Source: an uncultured Candidatus Saccharibacteria bacterium
GTDB lineage: Bacteria > Patescibacteriota > Minisyncoccia > Phycocordibacterales > UBA9973
Direction: 5' to 3'
Assembly (NCBI GenBank): GCA_964398205.1
Contig: CAYNLU010000003.1
Coordinates: 215 to 64,214 of the forward strand
DNA length: 64,000 bases
The notes beneath the pieces were generated by a model. That model did no database searches and had not been told where the DNA came from. It was given only the letters and a program-made list of their open reading frames with translations. The position numbers and the translations under genes are program-made. This document shows, piece after piece, positions 41,212 to 51,278 of the stretch (position 1 is the stretch's first letter; every line of letters begins with the position of its first letter).

Positions 41212-42480
41212 GTGTTATATTTAAAGGATAAAATGGAAAGTTTATCAAGTATTATTTTTTATATTTTAAGCTTTTTAGCCCTGTACGTGCAGGTATTTTT
41301 TCTTATTACTTTTTTAGAAAATCGTAAAAAAATAGAAATTCGTAAAGGCAAAGTTAAACTTAAAAATTACCCTCCTGTAACTATTATTGTGCCTTGTTGG
41401 AATGAAGAAACCACCATAGATAAAACCGTAAAATCTTTATTAGAATTAAATTACCCAAAAGATAAATTAAAAATCTTTTTAATTGATGACGGATCAACTG
41501 ATAATACTTGGGCAGAGATAGAAAAATACAAAGATATACCAAATATTTCAATTTTCAAAAAAGAAAATGGAGGCAAACACACAGCCTTAAATTTCGGATT
41601 AGAGAGATTAGAAACTCCTTATATTGGATGTTTAGATGCTGATTCTGTTGCGCATCCTGATGCAGTTAATAGACTCATGAGTTATTTTGAAGAGGATAAT
41701 ACTCTATCAGCAGTAGCGCCTTCGATTATTGTTGTTAATGATAAAAGCATTATTCAAAATGCTCAAAGTGCAGAATATTATATGGCTGTCTATATTAAGA
41801 AAATGCTCGGATTTTTAGGTGCTATTCATGTTACACCTGGACCTCTAACAATTTTTAAGAAAAAAGTTTTTGATGATCTCGGACCTTATCGTCACGCTCA
41901 TAACACAGAAGATATGGAGATAGCATATAGAATGCAAGTTAATGGCTACAAGATAGAGCAATGCAATGATGCTTTTGTTTATACTAATACTCCGAATACC
42001 GTATATAAATTATATAAGCAAAGACTACGTTGGATTTATGGTTTTATAAATAATACTATTGATTACAAGCATTTCTTATTTAAGAGCAAATACGGTAATT
42101 TTTCTTTGTTTACGGTACCGGCTGGGATTATCTCTATTTTTGCGGCGAGTTATTTGTTTTTTAGATTACTTTATAATATCTCGAAATTTATTTATGATAA
42201 GTTTATAGAATATCAAACCGTAGGTTTAGGATTTAATTTGAATAAAAGTTTAGAATTCGATTCTTTCTTTATTAGTACTAAAGCATTTATTTTTATCACG
42301 ATTATTCTCTATGCTTTAGTTATATCTTCGATGTTATTAGGTAGTAGAATTGCAAAAGATAAGTGGTCTTTATCGGTTAATATGTTTTATTTCTTTTTTA
42401 TCTATAGTGTTATTGCTCCGTTTTGGTTAATGAGAGCGGTTTATAATACTTTAGTTTCAAAGAAGCCTTCTTGGCGTTAA
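41212..42480 (+). CDS. processive family-2 glycosyltransferase (synthase-type, QxxRW motif)
   Basis: GT-A motifs VTIIVPCWNEE, IDDGSTDNT and DAD (CLDADS), plus QRLRW. N- and C-terminal TM helices as in cellulose/chitin/PNAG synthases. Confidence 0.7.
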   Translation: MLYLKDKMESLSSIIFYILSFLALYVQVFFLITFLENRKKIEIRKGKVKLKNYPPVTIIVPCWNEETTIDKTVKSLLELNYPKDKLKIFLIDDGSTDNTWAEIEKYKDIPNISIFKKENGGKHTALNFGLERLETPYIGCLDADSVAHPDAVNRLMSYFEEDNTLSAVAPSIIVVNDKSIIQNAQSAEYYMAVYIKKMLGFLGAIHVTPGPLTIFKKKVFDDLGPYRHAHNTEDMEIAYRMQVNGYKIEQCNDAFVYTNTPNTVYKLYKQRLRWIYGFINNTIDYKHFLFKSKYGNFSLFTVPAGIISIFAASYLFFRLLYNISKFIYDKFIEYQTVGLGFNLNKSLEFDSFFISTKAFIFITIILYALVISSMLLGSRIAKDKWSLSVNMFYFFFIYSVIAPFWLMRAVYNTLVSKKPSWR

Positions 42481-42513
42481 TACGTTAATTAAAATAATAA
42501 TTATTACAACAAT

Positions 42514-43227
42514 ATGAATACAAATAATACAAACAATAGTGTAGATTGGAAAAAATATTTAATAGTTTTCTTTGTAACCTTAGGTTTATTTTTAACTGCT
42601 TCTTATTTAAGTAGTTATTTTAGTACAAGAAAGGTAAATGAGCTTAAAACTATTCAAGATAATATCGCTATCGATATACTATCTTCAGAAACTCAATTTT
42701 CTTTGCTCTCAGAATTATCTTGCAAGAACGTAGACACTTCCGGACTTTCTAGCGAGCTTCACGAATTAGGAGGGAAGCTCGCTTGGGGAGAAGAAAACCT
42801 CGGTAAGACTGATGAAGTTAAATATCTTAAGAAATATTATTCTATTTTAGAAATCAAAGATTATCTTTTGATGAAGAAAATCACAGCTCGTTGCGGAGTT
42901 AAATCTGCTTTCATACTTTATTTCTATACTACAGCTGAGAATTGTAGTGAATGTGAAAAGCAAGGTTTAGTATTATCTAACCTCAAAGATAAATACCCAG
43001 ACTTGCGTATTTATTCTTTTGATTATAGTATTGATCTTTCTCCGGTTCGCTCTATGCTCGATATCTATAAAATCGAAGATACTAAACTCCCAGCATTAGT
43101 ATTAGATGACGAAGTACTTACAGGTTTTCAAGATAAAGAATCTCTAGAATCAAAAATCACCAAAGCCTTTGACCTCAAAGAGGCAGAAGTTAAAACAGAA
43201 GGGGAGAAGAAAATAGAAAATAATTAA
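42514..43227 (+). CDS. membrane-anchored thioredoxin-like protein (CxxC)
   Basis: N-terminal TM helix; ILYFYTTAENCSECEKQ (beta-strand plus CxxC) and a cis-Pro-like LPALVLDD region. Confidence 0.45.
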   Translation: MNTNNTNNSVDWKKYLIVFFVTLGLFLTASYLSSYFSTRKVNELKTIQDNIAIDILSSETQFSLLSELSCKNVDTSGLSSELHELGGKLAWGEENLGKTDEVKYLKKYYSILEIKDYLLMKKITARCGVKSAFILYFYTTAENCSECEKQGLVLSNLKDKYPDLRIYSFDYSIDLSPVRSMLDIYKIEDTKLPALVLDDEVLTGFQDKESLESKITKAFDLKEAEVKTEGEKKIENN

Positions 43228-43230
43228 CTA

Positions 43231-43258
43231 AAAAGACTAGCGTTTGCTAGTCTTTTTA
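43231..43258. terminator. bidirectional terminator (serves the + gene and the - strand tRNA-Thr)
   Basis: Hairpin aaagactagc-gttt-gctagtcttt with T-runs on both strands. Confidence 0.6.
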
Positions 43259-43263
43259 GTTTC

Positions 43264-43339
43264 TGGAGCCGCTTCTCAGACTTGAACTGAGGACCTTCGC
43301 TTTACAAAAGCGTTGCTCTACCAACTGAGCTAAAGCGGC
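43264..43339 (-). tRNA. tRNA-Thr (anticodon TGT), CCA encoded
   Basis: Reverse complement GCCGCTTTAGCTCAGTTGGTAGAGCAACGCTTTTGTAAAGCGAAGGTCCTCAGTTCAAGTCTGAGAAGCGGCTCCA. Cloverleaf with anticodon loop TTTGTAA. Upstream TTGAAA-16-TATAAT promoter on the minus strand. Confidence 0.8.
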
Positions 43340-43390
43340 CTGTATATTCACTTATCTATCTATTATACTTATTTCAAAGATAATTTCAAG

Positions 43391-43813
43391 TTATTTTATG
43401 CCTTCTTCTTGTTTAATTTTATGAGTGATTTTGTTGATTTTTTTCTTGTATTCACTCATAGTTTTGATAAAACCTGATGCTTCTTTGTTCTCTTCTTGAG
43501 TTGTTTTTTTACCTGTTAACTTTTTTACTCTTTGCTCAATTTTATTGTATAAAGCGATAGCACCTTTTTTAAATTTACTTGATCCTAATACATATAACCT
43601 TAAAGTTACTATCAATAAAGCATAACCGTATTTCTTTAATCTCTTATTAGTGAATTCTTTAACTTCATCTAGATCTGGTAATTCAAATTCTAAATCTACA
43701 TCTTTATTTTTATGATATACTTCTCCACTACTATTTAAAGCAAAAATCTTTCTTGTGATTAAGATCACAATTCCAAGCATAGCTATTATAAATAATAGTA
43801 GGGAAGTGTACAT
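43391..43813 (-). CDS. hypothetical membrane protein
   Basis: N-terminal TM helix and a Lys-rich body. No domain recognised. Confidence 0.35.
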   Translation of the reverse strand: MYTSLLLFIIAMLGIVILITRKIFALNSSGEVYHKNKDVDLEFELPDLDEVKEFTNKRLKKYGYALLIVTLRLYVLGSSKFKKGAIALYNKIEQRVKKLTGKKTTQEENKEASGFIKTMSEYKKKINKITHKIKQEEGIK

Positions 43814-43815
43814 AT

Positions 43816-44595
43816 TTAGATTGCGTATCTTTTTACTTCTTTAATTTTAGCGTTATTTTTATTAAGTAAAGCTTCGATTGTTAAACTAGGGTCTTTGATA
43901 AACTCTTGTTCTAACAAAGTTCTTTCTTTGAAATAAGTATTTATTTTACCTTCTAACATTTTCTTTTTGATGTCTTCTGGTTTGTCTAGAGACGATACTT
44001 CTTTTTCAAATACTTCCATCATAGTTTGCTTTGAGTTCTCATCAATTTCTTCTTTAGAAATAAATTCCGGCTTCATAGCAGCGATATGCATAGCAACATC
44101 TTTCGCTACTTCAGTATTACCTCCTTCTAAAGATACAACTACTGCAGTTTTGTTATTGTGAACATAATTTGAAACAATATCTCCGTTTATTTCATAAACT
44201 TCTCCTAATTCTATCTTTTCTCCAGTTTTTTGAATAACTTCATCGATTAATTCTTTAGAAGAATTTTTCATAGCATCTATACCTTCATTTAGAGCTTTAT
44301 CTGCTAAAGTATTTAATAGATTAACAAAGTCCTCGTTCTTTGATACGAAGTCTGTTTCGCAGTGAAGTGCAAGTAAAAGGCTTTTTGAACCTTGAGTCTT
44401 TACGGTAACTGCACCATCATTAGCTTCTCTATCAGCTTTTTTAAGAGCGATATTTGCACTTGTTTTCTTCAAGATTGCAATAGCTTTTTCCATATCTCCT
44501 TCAGCCTCTTCTAGGGCTTTACGGCATTGCATAACAGAAATTCCAGTAGCATTTCTAAGTTCCTTAACTAACTCAGTTGTTATTTCTATAGACAT
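43816..44595 (-). CDS. tsf: translation elongation factor Ts
   Basis: N-terminal UBA-like ITTELVKELRNATGISVMQCRKALEEAEGDMEKAI. rpsB-tsf synteny. Confidence 0.85.
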   Translation of the reverse strand: MSIEITTELVKELRNATGISVMQCRKALEEAEGDMEKAIAILKKTSANIALKKADREANDGAVTVKTQGSKSLLLALHCETDFVSKNEDFVNLLNTLADKALNEGIDAMKNSSKELIDEVIQKTGEKIELGEVYEINGDIVSNYVHNNKTAVVVSLEGGNTEVAKDVAMHIAAMKPEFISKEEIDENSKQTMMEVFEKEVSSLDKPEDIKKKMLEGKINTYFKERTLLEQEFIKDPSLTIEALLNKNNAKIKEVKRYAI

Positions 44596-44618
44596 ATATT
44601 TTTATTTAAATTATATTA

Positions 44619-45329
44619 TTAAGATTTCTTACTTTCTCCGTAAGCATTTTTGAAATGATTTACAAAGAATTTGATAGAAGCCATAGCTCCATCATTTCCA
44701 ACAACAGGGAAGTCGATACCCTTGATATTAGAATCTGTGTTTAAAATTCCGATTACAGGTATACCTAGATCTCTTGCTTCAGTTACAGCAATACTTTCTT
44801 TTTTAGGATCGATTACCAATAGGGCGTCAGGAGCCTTTTTAAGACTCAATAAGCCTGTGTAATACTTTTCTAATCTTTCCATTTTTTTCTTTAAAACTAA
44901 TCTTTCTTTCTTTGTGTATTTTTCAAGTTCTCCAGTTTTTGATTCTTTTTGGTATTTTTCTAATTCAGCGATTCTTTTCTTGATTTCAGGGTAATTAGAA
45001 AGAGTCCCTCCAATCCAACGTTCGTTAACATAAGGCATATTTAATGAATTTGCAGCATTCATGATAGTTTCTTTAGCTTCTGGCTTTGTACCAACAAATA
45101 AAATAGTCTTATTTAAAGAACCTAAATGAGCTACGAATTCTGTAGCTTTGGCTAATAATTCACTAGTTTTTTCTAAGTTTATGATATCAACGCGGTTTTT
45201 TGTTGTGTGTATATAAGGTGAAACTGAAGGATTTCTTTTTGACTTTGAATAGCCGTATTGAACCCCAGCTTTTACCATTTCCGCTATTAATTGACTGTCA
45301 TTATTTTCTGTTACTTTACTTTTTTGCAT
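44619..45329 (-). CDS. rpsB: 30S ribosomal protein S2
   Basis: uS2 N-terminal motif (AGVQYGYSKSKRNP) and central flavodoxin-like fold motifs (VLFVGTK.., PVIGILNTDS). Confidence 0.85.
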   Translation of the reverse strand: MQKSKVTENNDSQLIAEMVKAGVQYGYSKSKRNPSVSPYIHTTKNRVDIINLEKTSELLAKATEFVAHLGSLNKTILFVGTKPEAKETIMNAANSLNMPYVNERWIGGTLSNYPEIKKRIAELEKYQKESKTGELEKYTKKERLVLKKKMERLEKYYTGLLSLKKAPDALLVIDPKKESIAVTEARDLGIPVIGILNTDSNIKGIDFPVVGNDGAMASIKFFVNHFKNAYGESKKS

Positions 45330-45431
45330 TCCTGTATTGTATCAAAATATTTCAATTTTTGCAAGAGTATAAGCCTTTTTAAATAAAAGTACTTTTTTGC
45401 TAAAAATCGCTTTTTCGGTTAATATGAAAGA

Positions 45432-46691
45432 ATGAAACAATCACAACTTTTTACAAAAACTCGCAAAGAAGCTCCTGCAGACGAAGTCTCAAAAAATGCT
45501 GAACTTTTAATGCGAGCTGGTTATATTTATAAAGAGATGGCTGGGGTTTATGATTTCTTACCACTTGGTTTAAAGGTGATAAAAAAGATTGAAAATATAA
45601 TTCGTGAAGAGATGGATAGTATTGGAGGCATAGAGATGCGTACTTCGATTTTGCAGAATAAAGAAGTTTGGGAAAAATCTGGACGTTGGGATGATGAAGT
45701 TGTCGATAATTGGTTTAAAACTAAACTTAAAAATGGAGGTGATATCGGATTATCTTTCACTAACGAAGAAGCCTTTTCTAATATTATGAAGCAATACGTT
45801 TCTTCTTATAAAGATTTACCTATTTATCCTTATGATTTCAAAAGTATTTTCCGTAACGAAGTTCGTAGTAAATCCGGCATTATGCGAGGTAGAGAATTTT
45901 ATTGGAAAGCACTTTATTCTTTCTCTAAAGACGAAGAAGAGCACAATACTTTTTATGAGAAGATTAAGCAAGCTTATATCAATATTTTCAAGCGCGTTGG
46001 TATTGGGCATTTAACTTATTTAACTTTTGCGTCAGGGGGGACTTTTTCTAAATTCTCTCATGAATTTCAAACCCTAACCGAAGCTGGAGAAGATACTATT
46101 TATATCGAAGAAGATAAAGGACTCGCTTTAAATCAAGAAGTTTTTAATGATGAAGTTTTAGCAAGTTTGAATTTAGAGAAAGACAAATTAGTTTCTAAAA
46201 CAGCAGTCGAGGTAGGGAATATCTTTTCCCTCGGAACTAAATTCTCTACACCTTTTGATTTAAATTATACCGATGAAAAAGGAGAGAATAAACCTGTAAT
46301 TATGGGATCTTATGGAATCGGACTAGGTCGCCTTATGGGAACTGTAGTTGAAACTTTGTCTGATGATAGAGGAATTATTTGGCCTTCATCGATAGCTCCT
46401 TTTCGTGCGCATTTACTTTTGTTAGGTAATGATGAAGATGTGATTAAAGAAGCAAATCAAGTTTACGCAATGCTTTTAGAAAATAAAATCGAAGTTCTAT
46501 TTGATGATCGCGAAGGTTTAAGCGCGGGTGAAAAATTTGCTGAAGCTGATCTGCTCGGTATGCCTATACGTATAGTAGTATCTAGTAGAAGTATCAAAGA
46601 AGGAGGAGTCGAAGTCAAGAAAAGAATCGAAGAAAAAGGCGCAATTATTAAAGCTACGGATTTAGTTTCATTTTTAAATAAAGAATTATAA
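45432..46691 (+). CDS. proS: proline--tRNA ligase (short form without the INS editing domain)
   Basis: N-terminus SQLFTKTRKEAPADEVSKNAELLMRAGYI..VYDFLPLGLKV is the bacterial ProRS signature. Class II motifs 2 and 3 and a C-terminal anticodon-binding domain. Only 419 aa. Confidence 0.75.
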   Translation: MKQSQLFTKTRKEAPADEVSKNAELLMRAGYIYKEMAGVYDFLPLGLKVIKKIENIIREEMDSIGGIEMRTSILQNKEVWEKSGRWDDEVVDNWFKTKLKNGGDIGLSFTNEEAFSNIMKQYVSSYKDLPIYPYDFKSIFRNEVRSKSGIMRGREFYWKALYSFSKDEEEHNTFYEKIKQAYINIFKRVGIGHLTYLTFASGGTFSKFSHEFQTLTEAGEDTIYIEEDKGLALNQEVFNDEVLASLNLEKDKLVSKTAVEVGNIFSLGTKFSTPFDLNYTDEKGENKPVIMGSYGIGLGRLMGTVVETLSDDRGIIWPSSIAPFRAHLLLLGNDEDVIKEANQVYAMLLENKIEVLFDDREGLSAGEKFAEADLLGMPIRIVVSSRSIKEGGVEVKKRIEEKGAIIKATDLVSFLNKEL

Positions 46692-46693
46692 AT

Positions 46694-47740
46694 ATGTTCG
46701 ATAAACTTTACAAATTATTTTCCAATGATATCGGTATCGATTTAGGTACCGCTAATACTCTCGTATATCTTAAAGGTAAAGGTATAGTTATCAACGAACC
46801 TTCAGTAGTTGCTCTAAACGTCAAGACAAATCAAGTTTTAGCTGTGGGAATTAAAGCTAAAGAAATGCTTGGACGTACTCCAGGGCATATCAAGGCTGTG
46901 CGTCCTTTAGTAGACGGAGTTATTTCTGACTTCGAAGTTACCGAAGAAATGCTTTCTTATTTGATAAATAAAGCAGACAAAATGAATCCAAAACTTTTCC
47001 GTCCGAGAGTTGTAGTCGGTATACCTTCAGGTACTACCAACGTAGAATCTCGAGCTGTTTATGACGCTGCTCGTAGTGCAGGTGCGCGAGAAGTTTATCT
47101 GATCGAAGAGCCTATGGCAGCGGCTGTTGGTATTCGTTTACCAGTGAAGGACCCCGTAGGTTCTATGATTATCGATATAGGAGGAGGTACTACCGATATC
47201 GCAGTTATATCACTAGGTGGTATTGTACGTTCTAAAAATTTAAAAATAGCAGGAGATAAACTTAATAACGATATTATCTCTTATATGCGTAGTGAATTTA
47301 AAATTTTAATTGGTGAGAAAACTGCTGAGATTGTAAAGATGAGTATAGGGACCGTATTACCCATGGGTTATATGGAAACCGAAGTTCGTGGTAGAGATTT
47401 ACTTACAGGCTTACCTCGTGAAGTTATAGTTACTGATTCTGATATTAGGGAAGCAATTGGAGCTTCTATCCGTGAATTCGTTGACGGCGTCAAGGATTTA
47501 TTAGAATCCACTCCGCCTGAAATACTTTCAGATATTATGAAAAAAGGAATCACTCTTTCTGGAGGAGGAGCTCTTATAATGGGGCTTGATAGACTTCTTT
47601 CTGAATCTCTGAAAATACCTATCTATGTCGTTGATGATCCGCTTTCTGCGGTAGCGAGAGGTTGCGGAGTTGTGCTTGAAGACTTTGAAAATTTTAAAGA
47701 TGTATTAATCAATAATCAAGATGAGCTATACTCTAGATAA
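46694..47740 (+). CDS. mreB: rod shape-determining protein MreB
   Basis: IGIDLGTANTLVY, DIGGGTTDIAV actin-fold motifs. Confidence 0.9.
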   Translation: MFDKLYKLFSNDIGIDLGTANTLVYLKGKGIVINEPSVVALNVKTNQVLAVGIKAKEMLGRTPGHIKAVRPLVDGVISDFEVTEEMLSYLINKADKMNPKLFRPRVVVGIPSGTTNVESRAVYDAARSAGAREVYLIEEPMAAAVGIRLPVKDPVGSMIIDIGGGTTDIAVISLGGIVRSKNLKIAGDKLNNDIISYMRSEFKILIGEKTAEIVKMSIGTVLPMGYMETEVRGRDLLTGLPREVIVTDSDIREAIGASIREFVDGVKDLLESTPPEILSDIMKKGITLSGGGALIMGLDRLLSESLKIPIYVVDDPLSAVARGCGVVLEDFENFKDVLINNQDELYSR

Positions 47741-48512
47741 ACAAAGAAAAAATAAGAAAATTAAAAATTTAATTTTTGTTATTTTAATTTTCTTAATAAT
47801 TATTTATTTTAATAAACCTATCTTTCAAACAATCAGCAATCTTAGCCTAAACCTAGGCAAGCCGTTTTTAGTATTTGGGAATAATACTAAAACTCGTTTA
47901 CATAACTTTAGTTCTTATTTTATTTCCAAGAACACTTTATTAAAAGAAAATGATATTTTAAAAAATAAAAATCTAGAACTTGAATCCAAATTAGTGAATT
48001 ATCAAAGTCTCGAAAATGAAAATCTAAATCTCAAAGAACTTCTCGGTCGTCTAGGAGAAAATCATACATATATTCTCGCTACTATTTTAGCTAAACCTAA
48101 TACTACCTTGTATGATACTTTAGTCTTAGATGTCGGTAGCAAAGACGGTATTTTAGTAGGTGATATTGTATTTGCTTATGGAAATATACCTTTAGGTAAA
48201 GTTAGTGAAGTGTATGCTAAAAATTCGAAAGTTACTTTATTTTCAAGTAGCGGAGAAAAAACAAACGCTATTATCAGTAGTACTAATACTTATATTGATC
48301 TTATCGGGCGGGGAGGTGGAAACTTCGAAATTATTTTACCGAGAGATTTTACCTTAGAAGAAGGTGAAAGTGTCTTATTTCCTGATTTGAAAAATTATGT
48401 AATTGCAAAAGTTGTTTCTACTATTTCCGATGCACGTGATTCTTATCAAAAAGCTTTACTCATAAGTCCAATTAATATTCAAGAACTAAAATTCGTCCAA
48501 ATTAGAAAGTAA
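47721..48512 (+). CDS. mreC: rod shape-determining protein MreC
   Basis: N-terminal TM, coiled coil, then beta domains (LDVGSKDGILVGDIV..GKVSEV). Overlaps mreB by 20 nt. Confidence 0.6.
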   Translation: MSYTLDKQRKNKKIKNLIFVILIFLIIIYFNKPIFQTISNLSLNLGKPFLVFGNNTKTRLHNFSSYFISKNTLLKENDILKNKNLELESKLVNYQSLENENLNLKELLGRLGENHTYILATILAKPNTTLYDTLVLDVGSKDGILVGDIVFAYGNIPLGKVSEVYAKNSKVTLFSSSGEKTNAIISSTNTYIDLIGRGGGNFEIILPRDFTLEEGESVLFPDLKNYVIAKVVSTISDARDSYQKALLISPINIQELKFVQIRK

Positions 48513-48513
48513 T

Positions 48514-49767
48514 ATGCAATTCAAAATACAGAAAAAATTAGAAGGGAAGTTAGGGAGAGTAGGGGTTTTGAGTACTCCCCACGGAGATATTTTGACTCCG
48601 TCTTTTGTCGCGGTTGGCACGAAGGCGACTGTGAAATCCCTTGATCCAAATCATATTAAAGAAGCTAATACTCAAGTAGTCTTAGGAAATACTTATCATT
48701 TATATTTGCAACCTGGAGACGAGATAGTTCGTGATGCTGGAGGTATAGGCAAGTTTATGAATTGGAAAGGTCCGACGATGACTGACTCTGGAGGATTTCA
48801 AGTTTTCTCTCTAGGGGCTGCGTACGGTAAAGATATTTCGAAAGTTGTAAAAATTACTGATCCATCTCTCATGATACCGGAACGTTTTGACGACTCGAGT
48901 GCTCCGAGACTTGCGAAAATAGGGCAAGATGGAGTATCTTTCAAATCTCACTTAGATGGAAGTTTGCATTATATTACTCCCGAGAAATCGATAGAGATTC
49001 AGCATAATTTAGGTGCTGATATTATTTTTGCTTTTGATGAATGCACGAGTCCGGCTGAAGATTTTAAATATCAAGAAGAAGCTCTCGAGCGTACTCATGC
49101 TTGGGCAAAGAGATCCTTAAAAAGGCATATTGAACTTGAAAATTTTAAACTTTCGGCAAAGTATGATTCTTTGCCTCAAGCGCTTTTTGGTATTGTGCAA
49201 GGTGGTAGAGAAGAAATTTTGCGGAAAAAATCAGCTCAAGTTATTTCGGAAATGCGTGTTGATGATATTGGTTTTGATGGATTTGGAATTGGAGGAAGTT
49301 TTGCAAAAGAAGATATGTCGACTGCGGTAGCTTGGGTAAATGGAGTGCTTCCCGAAGATAAACCTCGTCATCTTTTAGGAATAGGGGAACCTGAAGATTT
49401 ATTTATGGGTATCGAAAACGGTGTAGATTTATTTGATTGTGTCTTACCAACTCGTTTAGGACGTAACGGTACTATTTATACTAAAAATGGAAAGATAACT
49501 ATTACTAATACTAAATATCGTAACGATCATACTCCGATAGAAGAGGATTGCGAATGCTATACTTGTCGCAATCATACGAGAGCTTATATTGCGCATCTTT
49601 TTCATGGCAAAGAAATGCTTGCTGGAACTTTAGCCTCGATTCATAATCTTCATTTTATTGTGAACCTTGTTCATCAAATTCGAGAATCTATTTTGAATGA
49701 TACTTTTTATGAATTCCGCGATTCTTTTCTAGAGAAATATAGTATTGGTAAGGATAATATTATATAA
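48514..49767 (+). CDS. tgt: queuine tRNA-ribosyltransferase
   Basis: VLGNTYHLYLQPG, DSGGFQ, LPTRLGRNG, and Zn site CECYTCRNHTRAYIAHL. Confidence 0.85.
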   Translation: MQFKIQKKLEGKLGRVGVLSTPHGDILTPSFVAVGTKATVKSLDPNHIKEANTQVVLGNTYHLYLQPGDEIVRDAGGIGKFMNWKGPTMTDSGGFQVFSLGAAYGKDISKVVKITDPSLMIPERFDDSSAPRLAKIGQDGVSFKSHLDGSLHYITPEKSIEIQHNLGADIIFAFDECTSPAEDFKYQEEALERTHAWAKRSLKRHIELENFKLSAKYDSLPQALFGIVQGGREEILRKKSAQVISEMRVDDIGFDGFGIGGSFAKEDMSTAVAWVNGVLPEDKPRHLLGIGEPEDLFMGIENGVDLFDCVLPTRLGRNGTIYTKNGKITITNTKYRNDHTPIEEDCECYTCRNHTRAYIAHLFHGKEMLAGTLASIHNLHFIVNLVHQIRESILNDTFYEFRDSFLEKYSIGKDNII

Positions 49768-49789
49768 TTAAGATAAGGCTTTAAACCCT

Positions 49790-49817
49790 TTACATTTACA
49801 AACTTATTTGGTATAAT
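49790..49817 (+). promoter_or_regulatory. sigma70-like promoter (TTACAT-16-TGgTATAAT)
   Basis: Extended -10 tgg-tataat at 49809-49817 with -35 ttacat at 49790-49795. Upstream of the decarboxylase gene. Confidence 0.4.
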
Positions 49818-49862
49818 TTTTTAACAAAAATATATTATTTATTTAAAAAATTTTTAAATTAA

Positions 49863-51263
49863 ATGACCACAAAAAAGAAAAATTCGGTTTCAAAAAAATT
49901 ATGGAAGTTAGGTATTAATGAATTTAACACTCAATATTTTGATTGGAACAAAGACGGCGACCTAAATATCAAAGAAGGTCACAATATTTATAATGTTCGC
50001 TATTTAGTTGAAAAGTTTGGAACCTCTCTTCAAATCTTGATGCCTTTTATTATTGAAGAGCGTTTAGAAGACTTGATGGATCTCGCGAATAATACTATCA
50101 AGAAAGTAAACTATCAAGGTAAATTCCTTTATCACTATCCAATGAAAGTGAATCAAACTCGCGAAGTGGTTATGGCTCTTGTGGGAGAAGGTGCTCATCT
50201 TGAGACTTCTTCTTATACTGAACTTTATTTGGTTAAAAAAATGCTTGAGCAAGATAAATTTAATCCTGATATTCGCATACTTTGTAGTGGTCCCAAAAAT
50301 GATGCATATTTAAGTTTGATAGATGAATTACAACACAAGGGGGTAAAAATATTTCCTCTTATTGAAGGTCCTAGTGAGCTTAAAATGCTTCAACATTCTA
50401 AATACAACGTAGGTATTCGTTTAGATATGCCTGTGAAAGCTAGTTCATATTGGAACAAGCAAGTTGATCGTTTTGGTTTTTCCGCAAAAGAAATTTATGA
50501 TATGGGATCATTTAAAAATTTAAAAATTTTGCACTATCATATCGGTTCTCAAATCGAAAAATCTGGAGATATTTTAACCCCTATCAAATACGCTCTTGAT
50601 GTGTATTTTAAATTAAAGAAAACTAATCCTTCACTCGATACTTTAGATATCGGAGGAGGTATGCCTATTCCTTATACTCGTGAGAGAGGTTTTAATATTG
50701 ATAAATTAATGGAAAAGATTTTTACTTTACTTAAAACTGAAGCAGAGAAGCACGAGATGCCTCATCCAAATTTGATTTGTGAATGGGGGCGTTACGTAGT
50801 AGCTCCTGCTCAAATGACTATTTTTAAAGTTATTGATACTAAAAAAGTTCATAAAACTAAAAAAGACGACAAGAAGTGGTACGTGATTGACGGTTCTTTT
50901 ATGAACGATCTTTGCGATACTTGGTCTGTTGATCAAAAGTGGTCTATTGTACCGGTGAATAATAAAAACGATGATGATTTAGGAGAAGTTTGGTTTGCTG
51001 GATCTACTTGTGATAGTGATGATTTTTATAAAGGTAAAGATGGTTCAGTTCGTTTCCCAAAATATGATTATAGTGAAATAAATAATAATCCTATGTATAT
51101 AGCAGTTTTAGATACCGGAGCGTATCAAGACGCTTTAGCGATGAATCATTGTCTAGTAGCTCGCCCTCAAAGAATCATAGTTGAGAACGGTCATATAGTC
51201 CTTGCTCGCAAGAGATTGAGTCCTGATGAAATCGGTAGACAATTGGGTTGGTACAATAAATAA
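49863..51263 (+). CDS. speA: PLP-dependent (fold type III) basic amino acid decarboxylase, arginine decarboxylase SpeA-like
   Basis: PLP-Lys motif YPMKVNQ (SpeA-like KVNQ), HYHIGSQ, DIGGGMP, EWGRY and FAGSTCDSDD substrate-site motifs. 466 aa, shorter than typical SpeA. Product assignment is uncertain. Confidence 0.5.
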   Translation: MTTKKKNSVSKKLWKLGINEFNTQYFDWNKDGDLNIKEGHNIYNVRYLVEKFGTSLQILMPFIIEERLEDLMDLANNTIKKVNYQGKFLYHYPMKVNQTREVVMALVGEGAHLETSSYTELYLVKKMLEQDKFNPDIRILCSGPKNDAYLSLIDELQHKGVKIFPLIEGPSELKMLQHSKYNVGIRLDMPVKASSYWNKQVDRFGFSAKEIYDMGSFKNLKILHYHIGSQIEKSGDILTPIKYALDVYFKLKKTNPSLDTLDIGGGMPIPYTRERGFNIDKLMEKIFTLLKTEAEKHEMPHPNLICEWGRYVVAPAQMTIFKVIDTKKVHKTKKDDKKWYVIDGSFMNDLCDTWSVDQKWSIVPVNNKNDDDLGEVWFAGSTCDSDDFYKGKDGSVRFPKYDYSEINNNPMYIAVLDTGAYQDALAMNHCLVARPQRIIVENGHIVLARKRLSPDEIGRQLGWYNK

Positions 51264-51278
51264 GTTATAATATAAACT

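Noticed and set aside
44671-46014. Small ORFs overlapping rpsB, proS and their divergent promoter region
   Set aside because: Overlap conserved genes; no motifs. The intergenic one (45200-45382) overlaps the rpsB start region.
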